Shown: positions 36,047 to 45,236 of the stretch, piece after piece
How positions within the stretch are numbered: position 1 is the first letter of the stretch
Layout of the letters: each line of letters starts with the position of its first letter
NCBI GenBank assembly: GCA_021823325.1
Contig: JAKAOG010000002.1
Coordinates: 72,651 to 136,650, forward strand
Source of the DNA: an archaeon
Lineage (GTDB): Archaea > Thermoproteota > Nitrososphaeria > Nitrososphaerales > Gagatemarchaeaceae
DNA: 64,000 bases
Reading direction: 5' to 3'
The notes under the pieces: generated by a model
Database searches by the model: none
Seen by the model: the letters and a program-made list of their open reading frames with translations, nothing else
Told to the model about the DNA's origin: nothing
Position numbers and translations under genes: made by a program

Positions 36047-36472
36047 TTGACTCGCGGAAGCGCCGGGGGGTTGGCAAAGATATTCAACCTGAAGTCCGGG
36101 TCGAAGCTCCCAGAAGCTGTGGTCTCGCTTGCGGCGAAAGAGAAGATATCGACGGCGCTCCTCTCCGCGATAGGCGGCGTGGACGAGCTGCGCGTCGCGT
36201 ACTTCAACCACGGCACGAAGAAGTACGAAGACCACGATTACCACGAAGAGCTCGAAGTGACGAGCCTGCTCGGGAACGTCACAGTCAAGGACGGGAAGCC
36301 CTTCGTCCATCTGCACGGGACGTTCGGGAGGAGGGACATGTCAGTGATCGGAGGGCACGTCGTGTCAGCGACGGTTCATCCTCTCCTGGAGCTCGTGGTG
36401 ACCCCGACGACCAACAAGGCGGTCAGGCGGTTCGACGAGAGCGTCGGGCTGAACGTGATTTACAAGACGTAA
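36047..36472 (+). CDS. PPC (DUF296) domain protein
   Basis: LLSAIGGVDEL...FVHLHGTFG...VIGGHV pattern. TTG start. Confidence 0.65.
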   Translation: MTRGSAGGLAKIFNLKSGSKLPEAVVSLAAKEKISTALLSAIGGVDELRVAYFNHGTKKYEDHDYHEELEVTSLLGNVTVKDGKPFVHLHGTFGRRDMSVIGGHVVSATVHPLLELVVTPTTNKAVRRFDESVGLNVIYKT

Positions 36473-36572
36473 TGGAGCTCAGTCTAATGCCTTCAGGACA
36501 TTTGGACCTTCCCGTAACTCTGTTACTTCATCGCTCCGAAAGTCCGGACCGCCGTTCCGTTATAAGCTGTCT

Positions 36573-37520
36573 CTAGCTTCGGCGCACAGACAGCGGGAGG
36601 TCGAGGACCGTTATCAGACCGGGAGGAGCCCTGCCGACCCTCTCCACCGCGTGGACCGCCACCGCCACGGTGGCGGAGTCTCCGAACACCCCCTTCTCGA
36701 ACCGGACCTTGATGGCCGGGTCTCCCGCCACCTCTATGACGTCGAAGTCGGCGGACGTGGTCGTCATCTCGAGGTCGAGGCGGATGGTGCACTTCCCCGC
36801 TTTCCCTTCTGCGAACTGCCGCACCCCCATGACGTAGTCTTCCGACCCCATCACCGGAAAGACTCCCTGGCTCACTTCCTTGAGCTCCTCGCCGAGCGAG
36901 AGAGCGACGAGGTGGGCCGACTCGGCCAGGCCGATGTGCCCCAGCTTCCCCTCCTCCAGCTCCTTCTCGAACTTGGACCGGGTCATCCCCACCCCTGTCT
37001 TGTTGACGAGCTGCTGGCGCCTCCGCGAGATGTCTACGCTCCGGACGACATGTATCCTGGTCGGGTTCTTGGACGCGGACGCTATCACCGACGGGACCCA
37101 GTCCATGATGAAGCCCGGGTTCACCCCCACGCCGACGACGGTGACGCCCTTCTCCCGGGCGAGCGAGTCGAGCCGCCCTGCTTCGTCGGCCCTCGCGTGG
37201 CTCGGATAGGCCATCTCTTCAGAGGTCGTGACGACGTCGAGCCCCGATGAGAGGAGCGCCCCTATCTCGGAGGCGACGTCCCCTATCCTAGATCTGGCCG
37301 AATAGACGGCGACCTCGGCGTCCCCGAACTGCGCCTGCTGGACAGACTGCTGTATCCTCACTCCCAGGGGGAGCCCGGTCACCTCGGCGATCGTCTTCCC
37401 CGCCTTCGCCGGGTCAGGGTCTATCACCGCGACCACGTCGTGCCCCCTTTCGAGAAGGTGCCTTAGGATCTCGGTCCCGATGGCGCCCATCCCGCAGAGG
37501 ACGACCCTTACCAATGCCAC
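36573..37520 (-). CDS. NAD(P)-binding DapB-like / amine dehydrogenase-like oxidoreductase
   Basis: Rossmann start VRVVLCGMGAIGTEI. GTG 37520 or TTG 37514 is preferred over the track start 37586. Confidence 0.55.
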   Translation of the reverse strand: MALVRVVLCGMGAIGTEILRHLLERGHDVVAVIDPDPAKAGKTIAEVTGLPLGVRIQQSVQQAQFGDAEVAVYSARSRIGDVASEIGALLSSGLDVVTTSEEMAYPSHARADEAGRLDSLAREKGVTVVGVGVNPGFIMDWVPSVIASASKNPTRIHVVRSVDISRRRQQLVNKTGVGMTRSKFEKELEEGKLGHIGLAESAHLVALSLGEELKEVSQGVFPVMGSEDYVMGVRQFAEGKAGKCTIRLDLEMTTTSADFDVIEVAGDPAIKVRFEKGVFGDSATVAVAVHAVERVGRAPPGLITVLDLPLSVRRS

Positions 37521-38472
37521 GCTGGAGGCCTGCCGTTTAATAACGCGTTTCCCGCTTTGGCGGCGAGGACCTCTGACATTCTCCATAGTGGCGAGGGACG
37601 AGAAGACGGGGGAGATCGGGGTCGCGGTCCAGTCGCATTACTTCTCGGTTGGGTCGGTCGTCACCTGGGCGCGGGCCGGGGTCGGTGCGGTCGCGACCCA
37701 AGCCATGGTGGACCCGAAGTACGGCCCGCTGGGTTTGGAGCTGATGGCGGGCGGGCTGAGCGCGCCGGAGGCGTTGGCCTCTCTCCTCAAAGGGGACGTC
37801 AAGCCCGAGGTCAGACAGGTCGCGATGGTCGACTCGAGGGGACGGGTCGCCGCCCACACCGGCAGCAGGTGCATTCCTGACGCCGGCCACTCCGTCGGGA
37901 ACGGGTTCAGCTGCCAGGGGAACATCATGGCCAACGACAGGGTGTGGGGGTCGATGAAGAGCGCGTTCGACTCGAGGGGGGAGCTCCCCCTCCCCGAGAG
38001 GCTGGTGGCTGCCCTCGACGCGGCACAGGAAGAGGGAGGAGACCTTCGCGGAAAGCAGTCGGCGGCGATACTGGTTGTCGGGCCGGACCTCCGCCCGAAC
38101 GGCTGGGAAGGGAAGTTGGTAGACCTCCGGGTCGAGGACCACCCTGAGCCTCTGAGGGAGCTCAGGCGGCTCCTGCGCTACCAGACGGGATACAGATGGA
38201 TCGACAAGGGCGACGACCTCTTCAGTTCCAACCGCATGCAAGAGGCCCTGGAAGCCTACACAAAGGGGATGGAGCTCGTCCCCGAAGTCCTGGAGCTGAA
38301 GTACTGGGTGGCCATCGGCCTCATCGGATCGGGGAAAGAGAAGGCGAAGGGATTGAAGATGTTGAGAGAGGTGTGCGACGAAGAGCCAAACTACGTCCGG
38401 CTCACCGAAGGCATGGTCAGGGCAGGTTCCGTCTCCCTCGACCCGTCTGTCCTACGGTCGGTCACAGGCTGA
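37480..38472 (+). CDS. DUF1028 family Ntn-hydrolase-fold protein
   Basis: TFSIVARDEKTGEIGVAVQSHYFSVGS core. The start is uncertain (ATG 37480 or non-canonical CTG 37573). Confidence 0.65.
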   Translation: MAPIPQRTTLTNATLEACRLITRFPLWRRGPLTFSIVARDEKTGEIGVAVQSHYFSVGSVVTWARAGVGAVATQAMVDPKYGPLGLELMAGGLSAPEALASLLKGDVKPEVRQVAMVDSRGRVAAHTGSRCIPDAGHSVGNGFSCQGNIMANDRVWGSMKSAFDSRGELPLPERLVAALDAAQEEGGDLRGKQSAAILVVGPDLRPNGWEGKLVDLRVEDHPEPLRELRRLLRYQTGYRWIDKGDDLFSSNRMQEALEAYTKGMELVPEVLELKYWVAIGLIGSGKEKAKGLKMLREVCDEEPNYVRLTEGMVRAGSVSLDPSVLRSVTG

Positions 38473-38482
38473 GAGCCGCGGT

Positions 38483-38986
38483 TTACTGCAGCACGACCTT
38501 CGTCGTGAGCACATTGTTGTACAGCTGTGGGTTGTTATAGACGAGGTAGTAGGTCGCTCCTCCGCTCAGGGTGACGCTGAAGGCGCCCGAGTTGACGGCG
38601 CCGCTGTTGTAGACGAAGGTCTCGTTTCCGGAGCCGGCCACGACGCCGCAGCTGTGCTCGAGCGTCGAGTACGCTTGGGCGCTCATGACCAGTACCTGGA
38701 CCTGGTTGGAGGTGCCCCCGAGGACCTGGAAACTCCCCTGGAGGACCGGGCTCCCTCCCGCTGGAACGGCGACCTGGTAGGACACGCACGCCGTCAGGAG
38801 GACGTCGATGTTGCTGTCTACGACCGTCGTCGCCCTGGAACCGAACCCTGGGAGCACCCCCAAGAACGCGGATAGGATGAGGACGACCGCCACCACCGCC
38901 ACGAGGACGACTATGTTCCTCCTGCGGCGGGACTCAGGCTCGCGCTCACGAGGCACCTTCAGGGGAAGGGTGTTTCCCTGGCTCAA
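38483..38986 (-). CDS. Hypothetical N-terminally anchored extracytoplasmic protein
   Basis: Arg-rich N-terminus, one TM (IVVLVAVVAVVLILSAF), then a beta-rich region. Confidence 0.4.
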   Translation of the reverse strand: MSQGNTLPLKVPREREPESRRRRNIVVLVAVVAVVLILSAFLGVLPGFGSRATTVVDSNIDVLLTACVSYQVAVPAGGSPVLQGSFQVLGGTSNQVQVLVMSAQAYSTLEHSCGVVAGSGNETFVYNSGAVNSGAFSVTLSGGATYYLVYNNPQLYNNVLTTKVVLQ

Positions 38987-39032
38987 CAGGTTCAGCGGCG
39001 CGCCCTGCGACTTATGCTTTTGCGGAAAAGCG

Positions 39033-39713
39033 TCACCTGAATCGGCGGATGCCCTGGAATATGTCCATCAGGTGCCGAGAGTAGCGGCTCCCGTCTGAAA
39101 GGTCGGTCACGGACACTCCTCCGTGGCTCAGGTTCGCATGGATTATGGCGCGCCCGTGAAGAAGCAGCGCGACATGGCCCGCGAAGAAGACGAGGTCTCC
39201 AGGTTTCGCTTCGTCGAAGCCCTTGACCTTCTTGCCCGCGTCTCTCTGCCAGTTCGAGTTTCTGGGCAGCTCCACGCCGGAGAAACGGTAGAGCCTCTGG
39301 GTGAACCCCGAGCAGTCGTAGCCAAAGTCCGACGTCCCACCCCAGAGATACGGGACGCCGAGGAAAGCCTCCGCGAGCTTCGTCGGTTCGTGCTTCGAAC
39401 CGACAGGGACGAGGAGCCTCTTGGGCACTTTGAACCGCGATGCCTCCTCTTCGGTCAGGTATGACCCGAACGGGAGGAGCAGGCCCCCGGACGAGTGCCT
39501 TGAAGCGAGCTTGTACTTCGGATCGCCCGACGCGTCGCTTAGGAGCGTTTCCTGCATGTACCCCTCGAGACCGTCCGGTCCCACGACGCGGAGATACCCG
39601 TCCTCGTTCCCTAGCGCCTTCACCTCTTCCCCGAAGATCAGCTGGGAGATCCTCTCGGACCTGAACTTCGGCTTGCGCCTGACGTCCGCGACCCCGAAGG
39701 CTACCCTCTTCAC
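39033..39713 (-). CDS. Cytoplasmic SH3b plus NlpC/P60 cysteine peptidase (YkfC / gamma-D-glutamyl-L-diamino acid endopeptidase-like)
   Basis: YLWGGTSDFGYDCSGFTQ catalytic Cys, GHVALL and IIHAN His residues. No signal peptide. Confidence 0.75.
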   Translation of the reverse strand: MKRVAFGVADVRRKPKFRSERISQLIFGEEVKALGNEDGYLRVVGPDGLEGYMQETLLSDASGDPKYKLASRHSSGGLLLPFGSYLTEEEASRFKVPKRLLVPVGSKHEPTKLAEAFLGVPYLWGGTSDFGYDCSGFTQRLYRFSGVELPRNSNWQRDAGKKVKGFDEAKPGDLVFFAGHVALLLHGRAIIHANLSHGGVSVTDLSDGSRYSRHLMDIFQGIRRFR

Positions 39714-39778
39714 GGGTGTGCGGACCCTCGGTCGCGTTATAACCGTTCGGCGGGCAACGGAAAAATAACTCCCTGGCC

Positions 39779-41041
39779 GTGCGGGCGTCGATGAGCGACC
39801 GCCCTCACCTGGAGATCAGCAGAGGCTCGCTCTCCGTCGGCGGGTTCGAGGCGAAGGACCTCGCCGAGAAGTACGGAACCCCCCTCTACGTGACCGAGCT
39901 GGACAGGGTGACGCGGAAGCTGAAAGCCGCGGAGGACGAGCTGTCATCCAGGCACCCGGACGTCCTGATAGCGTTCGCATACAAGTCGAATTCTACCCCC
40001 GCCATCCTGAAGGCGCTGGCGTCGCGGGGAGCTGGCGCGACCGTCGTATCCGCGAACGGGCTGAGGCTCGCGCGGGCGGCGGGGGTCAGAGCGAGGGACA
40101 TCGTCCTCGACGGACCCAGCAAGTCTGAGGAGGATCTGACTGCGGCCGTCAGGATGAGGATAGGGATGATCAACGCGGAGTCGGTCCAGGAGGTGCTCGA
40201 CATCGAGGAGATCTGTGCGGGGCTGAAGGTCGAAGGGTGCAGGGTAGGGTTCAGGGTGAACTTCGGGATCCTCGCCGACACCCACGCCGGGCTCGCGACA
40301 GGAGGGAGGTCCCACAAGTTCGGGGTTCCAAGGGAAGAGGTGGTAGAGTTCTGCGAAAGCCACGCCTCCGAGCTCCGTAGGGTCAAGATATCGGGCCTTC
40401 ATTCCCATGTCGGGTCGCAGATATCAGACCCGTCGGTGTTCAGGAGAGAGACGGAAGAGCTCCTGGCCCTCTCTGACGAGCTCAGTCGGTCCGGGGTCGA
40501 GATACGTGAGTTCAACGTTGGAGGGGGGCTCGGGGTCGACTATGGAGAAGGGAAAGAGATGAGCCTGAGCGACTACGCCGACGCGACGGCGGGGACGTTC
40601 GCGCGTTCCGCTTCGAAGAGGAGGTCTCGCCTCGTATTCGAGCTTGGAAGATGGATAGTCGCGGATTCGACGGTTCTCCTCACCAAAGTGAACTACGTGA
40701 AGAGGGCGGGAGCGACCAACTGGGCGCTCGTAGATGCGGGGATGAACACGTTCCTCCGGCCCGCTCTCTATGGAGCCCGCCACAGGATAGTGGCGGCTTC
40801 GACCAAGGACAGAGAGGAGTCGTCAGTCGTCTATGACATCGGGGGACCCGTGTGCGAGACTACCGACACCTTCGGGTCGGGAGTGTCTCTCGGGGTCTCG
40901 TTGTCAAAAGGGGACCTGATAGCGATCCTCGATACGGGCGCCTACGGGACCGCCATGGCGAGCACATACAACATGCGGCCGTTCCCGAAGACGGTCGTCG
41001 TCTCCGGAGGGAGGCACAGGCTCGCGCCCCCTGCGACCTAG
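39779..41041 (+). CDS. lysA: Diaminopimelate decarboxylase
   Basis: Fold III PLP decarboxylase: FAYKSN, GLHSHVGSQ, GGGLGV, CETTD, GAYG. Confidence 0.85.
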   Translation: MRASMSDRPHLEISRGSLSVGGFEAKDLAEKYGTPLYVTELDRVTRKLKAAEDELSSRHPDVLIAFAYKSNSTPAILKALASRGAGATVVSANGLRLARAAGVRARDIVLDGPSKSEEDLTAAVRMRIGMINAESVQEVLDIEEICAGLKVEGCRVGFRVNFGILADTHAGLATGGRSHKFGVPREEVVEFCESHASELRRVKISGLHSHVGSQISDPSVFRRETEELLALSDELSRSGVEIREFNVGGGLGVDYGEGKEMSLSDYADATAGTFARSASKRRSRLVFELGRWIVADSTVLLTKVNYVKRAGATNWALVDAGMNTFLRPALYGARHRIVAASTKDREESSVVYDIGGPVCETTDTFGSGVSLGVSLSKGDLIAILDTGAYGTAMASTYNMRPFPKTVVVSGGRHRLAPPAT

Positions 41042-41400
41042 ACGTTCCCTGCGACTTCGAAGTGCGTGACGCTGGGCTCGAGCTCGGCCAGGTATTCGCT
41101 GTCCTTCTTGTAGTATCTCGCCTGCTTGATGTCGGTCCCTGCGAACCCCTTTATCGACTCGGCCGAGTCCCATAGGGAGATGAGAAGGAACTCCGTGTTG
41201 TCGCCCACGTCCCTGGTGAACAGATAGGCGCCGCGGTTCCCTTTGGTGCTCCGAAGGTCCTTCATCCCAGTGACCCCCACATATCTGATGAACTCCTCCC
41301 GTTTCACCCTGGGAGTGACGCCGTGCCACACCCTAGCTATCTTCGGCTGGTCCGCGTCCTGAGATTCGGCGCTGAACTGCTTTGAGGTCGGCAAACGCAT
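41038..41400 (-). CDS. ABM (antibiotic biosynthesis monooxygenase-like) ferredoxin-fold protein
   Basis: IARVWHGVT...EFLLISLWDSAESIKGFAG. Confidence 0.55.
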   Translation of the reverse strand: MRLPTSKQFSAESQDADQPKIARVWHGVTPRVKREEFIRYVGVTGMKDLRSTKGNRGAYLFTRDVGDNTEFLLISLWDSAESIKGFAGTDIKQARYYKKDSEYLAELEPSVTHFEVAGNV

Positions 41401-41532
41401 GGCGCTGTGGGAAGCGGTGCATATAGTTTGTTAGCACGCGCAGACCGGCGAACCACATAGCTTGCGCTGGGATTTCAAATATAACAGAAAGGGAGTCCTA
41501 GACCGCGAGGCCTAGGACCTTATTGATGTGTT

Positions 41533-43659
41533 CTAGGTCTGAACAGGCTGATAGTATATCTGGTTGTACCAGTATCCTACGTACGGGTTGTTCACGAATC
41601 CCTGAACATAGGGCTGGATGAAGAAGTAGTAGGTTGGGATGTTGGGGAATGGCGGGAACAGACCGTTCTGGATGGTCATCTGCTCCAGAGTGAGGGCGCA
41701 GGCGTTTACCTGGGCGCCGACAGCGAAGTCGCAAGCTGCGACCTCAGCTTCCACCGTGGAGTTGGTGAACCAACCGTTGTACGGAGACGGCAGGAGGAGT
41801 GGCTCGTACATTGCAAGGAACGGGTCTGCGTAGTCCGGTCCCCAGCCGAGGATCTCAACCTGCGGGAAGGTCTGTGCGTTGGAAGTCAGGATGTTGCTCT
41901 CTGCAGAAGTGATGCCGTACGGAACCGCGCCGATACCGAACAGGCCTAGGTTCGCTTCGATGCCCTGCAGCTGTCCCTTCAGCTCAGTGAGCAGTGGGAC
42001 AGTGTAGTAGAGCTTCAAAGGAGCTAGCTGTTGTCCGTTCGGGTTGCCGATCACTGTACCTGCAGCGATCGAGGTCCCGTTGGACAGGGTAAAGGCTGCT
42101 GGCACCACCGTGTAGAAGTTGCCTTGCATTCCTGCTGCCTGGAAGTAGTTGAATGCGGCAGTGGTGTTGTAGGACGCTGGGCTGTAGTTAGCCGGGTTGT
42201 AGTAGCTACCGAACGCCGGAGTAAGCGCACCTATGAAGTAGGTGCCATACGCCTGGCCGTTGTAGTAGTTGGGGAGGTTCAACTCAGTGTAGTTGATTGC
42301 GCTCTCCCACCCGAGTCTGAATGCGGTGATGTTGGTCGGGGTGGTCACCGTGTTCATCAGGAACCACGAGCCGAACGGGAACGCTCCCTCTGACTTGTGG
42401 ATCTGGTTGAACGCGAATGACGGCTGGTTCGCGTGGAACGCGTTGTACATCTGTCCGTACTCCTGGATGCTCTCAGTGGAGAGCTGCGCCTTGTTGGTCG
42501 CAAAGTCCTGGATCAGGGCAGTGTCAGACGGCGCCACGTTGTAGATGATGGTGTTGATCTTTGCCGGAGCCGCGTCGGTCATGGACGCGTTGCCGGTGAT
42601 CGCCGCGCTGTAAGCGCCCCAGTAGTGGGGTGTTGCAACGAAGGTCACTGGAGCGAGCCCTGCACCTACCGACTTTATCATGTATGGCCCGGTGCCGATC
42701 GCACCGTTGAGGTTGATGTACGAGTTCAGGGTGTTATTGACGACACCACCGTGCGCATCGACGAACGCCGGGTCTACCACGTTCTGACCGTCGAAGCCGC
42801 TCCAGAGCTCTAGGCCGAAAGTGCCCAAGGGCTTGAAGTAGTTCGCGACGAATGTGGTGGAGTTAGGCGCCACGACTGCCTGGTTGGCATACGCCATGAT
42901 CGCAGCCTGAGTCGAGTTGGATGGGTTGAAGTTCGACAACATCTGTCCTACAATGCTAGATGCAAGGTTGCAGCTGGCCACTGTCTCTAGGTTCGCTGCC
43001 TTACCTGTCACTGAGGCGATGGCGTCAGCCAGTCCGGCTGGCAGACCAAGGCCCGCATTGTTCCAACAGTACGAGTCCGAATACTCAGACCCGCCTGCCG
43101 TCAGGTTGTAGATGATCTGGTTCCAGTTGAAACCTGCGATGAAGCTTGGAGCGTTCATGTACAGGTTCCTGACTATGGTGAACCAGACGTCATACGAGCT
43201 GAAGTTGTCGCCGTTGGAGAACCAGACGTTCGGTCTGATGTTGAACGAGTTGGTCGCTCCACCGTTGAGGTTGACGTTGTAGCTGTCCGCGAGGACAGGC
43301 TGGAACACGTTACCCGAAGATCCGTTCAGCTCGATCAGGTTCTGGTATACGGCGTTCAGCATTGCAGTATCCTGCAGGTAGAACGCGTACTGCGGGTCCA
43401 GAGAGTCATACGCTGCTCCCTGCGACTCGTCGACCAGAAGGCTGGAGTTGGTCGGACCGTAGAGTGACGAGGTTGTGGTTGTAGTCGTCGCGACACTAGA
43501 GGTGGTGGTCGTTTGAACGCTAGACGTGGTGGTCGTCGTCGAAGACGTCGACCCTGGGACGAGGACGAAATATGCTGCTACACCTGCGATGACGATGATT
43601 ACTACGATGATTGCAACTGTTGCTGCTGTTGAAATTGCTTCTCTTTGCTTTACGTTCAT
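41533..43659 (-). CDS. Family 5 (Opp/Dpp-type) ABC substrate-binding protein, membrane-anchored, sequon-rich
   Basis: N-terminal TM, Thr/Ser linker, 708 aa with SBP_bac_5-like core. About 15 N-x-S/T sequons. Confidence 0.75.
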   Translation of the reverse strand: MNVKQREAISTAATVAIIVVIIVIAGVAAYFVLVPGSTSSTTTTTSSVQTTTTSSVATTTTTTSSLYGPTNSSLLVDESQGAAYDSLDPQYAFYLQDTAMLNAVYQNLIELNGSSGNVFQPVLADSYNVNLNGGATNSFNIRPNVWFSNGDNFSSYDVWFTIVRNLYMNAPSFIAGFNWNQIIYNLTAGGSEYSDSYCWNNAGLGLPAGLADAIASVTGKAANLETVASCNLASSIVGQMLSNFNPSNSTQAAIMAYANQAVVAPNSTTFVANYFKPLGTFGLELWSGFDGQNVVDPAFVDAHGGVVNNTLNSYINLNGAIGTGPYMIKSVGAGLAPVTFVATPHYWGAYSAAITGNASMTDAAPAKINTIIYNVAPSDTALIQDFATNKAQLSTESIQEYGQMYNAFHANQPSFAFNQIHKSEGAFPFGSWFLMNTVTTPTNITAFRLGWESAINYTELNLPNYYNGQAYGTYFIGALTPAFGSYYNPANYSPASYNTTAAFNYFQAAGMQGNFYTVVPAAFTLSNGTSIAAGTVIGNPNGQQLAPLKLYYTVPLLTELKGQLQGIEANLGLFGIGAVPYGITSAESNILTSNAQTFPQVEILGWGPDYADPFLAMYEPLLLPSPYNGWFTNSTVEAEVAACDFAVGAQVNACALTLEQMTIQNGLFPPFPNIPTYYFFIQPYVQGFVNNPYVGYWYNQIYYQPVQT

Positions 43660-43683
43660 TCTCGAGCCGCGAACCTCTCGAAC

Positions 43684-43693
43684 TTTATTTAAG
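43684..43693 (-). promoter_or_regulatory. TATA box for substrate-binding protein gene
   Basis: CTTAAATAAA on the minus strand, centred about 29 nt upstream of ATG 43659. Confidence 0.4.
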
Positions 43694-43757
43694 TATTGTT
43701 AGCAGATGAGACGATGTTGTTGAGATTTTTGCAGAAACGTGACTCCGTCGTGAGGGG

Positions 43758-44015
43758 TTATCTGCCCTGGCGCATGCTGGCGTATAGCAGCACGTATCCT
43801 TCCTGAGTGGGCCTGTAGTAGCGCTCCCTGGCGCCGCTCGAAGCGAACTCCACGAGACCGTCTTTCCGCAGCTTCCCCAGCCCCCTGCTGATGTCGCTGA
43901 GGTGCTTGTTCTCGAGCGAAGCGAGCTCAGTCGGGGTCCTCGGCCGGATGACCAGGTAGTAGAGCAACTTCAGCCTGAATGGTCCATGGATTGTGATCCC
44001 ATCAGTTATGCCCAA
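43758..44015 (-). CDS. Small winged-helix (ArsR-like) regulator
   Basis: LKLLYYLVIRPRTPTELASLENKHLSDISRGLGKLRKDGLV. 85 aa. Confidence 0.6.
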   Translation of the reverse strand: MGITDGITIHGPFRLKLLYYLVIRPRTPTELASLENKHLSDISRGLGKLRKDGLVEFASSGARERYYRPTQEGYVLLYASMRQGR

Positions 44016-44161
44016 GTTCCTGCCCGCCTAATAGCGCAGATTAGCATTAAAACCGTTTCGCCGAAGCCGCCATCGGCGTTTTTCCCAATCTAAGGACAAC
44101 CGAATCGGAAAACGACGTCCCGGATTCGCTAGCTTTCCGTAGATGGCGCGCTGTTAACAAT

Positions 44162-44169
44162 CTATAAAA
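44162..44169 (+). promoter_or_regulatory. TATA box for peptide permease operon
   Basis: CTATAAAA lies only 5-12 nt before the track start TTG 44174. This suggests the real start is downstream (for example TTG 44204). Confidence 0.4.
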
Positions 44170-44173
44170 GGCG

Positions 44174-45235
44174 TTGAAACGCGCTTCGGCTCAAGTCAGG
44201 GACTTGGTTTCTCGGTTCCCCCTGTTCGTTGCAAGAAGAGCCGTAAACGCCGTAGTCACGATTATCCTGATGATTGCGCTCATCTTCGTCATAGTCCACA
44301 TAGTAGCCCCGACTCCCGAAGACCTGGCGCACTTCTACACAGGAAGAGGGTGCATCAGCCAGTCCTTCTGCCTCCAGCTGGCTCACAGATATGGGCTCGA
44401 CCAGCCGATTTACATCCAGTTCTGGAATTACGTGATCGGGGTGTTCCAGGGGAACCTTGGCACCGACACGATCTACCAGCTTCCAGAGCTTCAGGTCCTC
44501 GCGAGGTTCCTTCCGATCACTTTGGAGATGGTGGTGGTCGGGAGCGTCCTAGGCGTCGTGATCGGGATCTTCACCGGGGCGATCGCGGCGTCCAACAGGA
44601 ACACCAAGACCGACTACGGCATAAAGGGACTCTACCTGATGACGTGGGCAGCGCCCCCGTTCTTGGCGGCGATCGTCTTCCAGCTCATCCTCGCGTATTA
44701 TCTTAACCTCCTGCCTACAGGGAACATCGCGAACCTCACCCTGACCGCGCCCCCAGTGGTAACGGGGCTGCCGATGGTGGACTCGATACTCGCCCAGAAC
44801 TGGGTGTACCTCTACAGTTACCTGCAGCACCTGGTGCTCCCCGCTCTGACCATCGCCGTCATCAGCTTCGGCTCGATAACCAGGATCACAAGAGCGAGTA
44901 TGATAGACGCCCTCGACAAGGACTACGTCAAGCTGGCGTACATGAAGGGCCTCCCCAAGAGGAGCGTGGTGTACGGGACCGCCTTCAGGAACGCCATCAT
45001 CCCCATCATCACTCTGATCGCCATCACGTTCGCTTTCGCCGTCGGAGGGGCGCTGGTGGTCGAATACATTTTCAACTACCACGGCATCGGGTACTTCACC
45101 TTGCAGGCGGTGTACGCGTTCGATTATCCGGCCGTCCTTGCGATCACGATAATCATCGGACTGTCGGTCATCATCGCGAACTTCATCGCCGACATTCTCT
45201 ACGGAGTCATGGACCCGAGAGTGAGGCTGACCTAG
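44174..45235 (+). CDS. Opp/Dpp-type ABC permease (OppB-like)
   Basis: 6 TM with a BPD_transp_1 EAA-like loop (MIDALDKDYVKLAYMKGL). The true start is possibly 44204. Confidence 0.85.
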   Translation: MKRASAQVRDLVSRFPLFVARRAVNAVVTIILMIALIFVIVHIVAPTPEDLAHFYTGRGCISQSFCLQLAHRYGLDQPIYIQFWNYVIGVFQGNLGTDTIYQLPELQVLARFLPITLEMVVVGSVLGVVIGIFTGAIAASNRNTKTDYGIKGLYLMTWAAPPFLAAIVFQLILAYYLNLLPTGNIANLTLTAPPVVTGLPMVDSILAQNWVYLYSYLQHLVLPALTIAVISFGSITRITRASMIDALDKDYVKLAYMKGLPKRSVVYGTAFRNAIIPIITLIAITFAFAVGGALVVEYIFNYHGIGYFTLQAVYAFDYPAVLAITIIIGLSVIIANFIADILYGVMDPRVRLT

Positions 45236-45236
45236 G

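Noticed and set aside
43440-43560. Repetitive-looking nucleotide tracts (also 31391-31541 and 32225-32310).
   Set aside because: They are in-frame low-complexity coding segments (poly-Thr/Ser stalks and a Pro/Ala arm), not spacer-repeat arrays or satellites.
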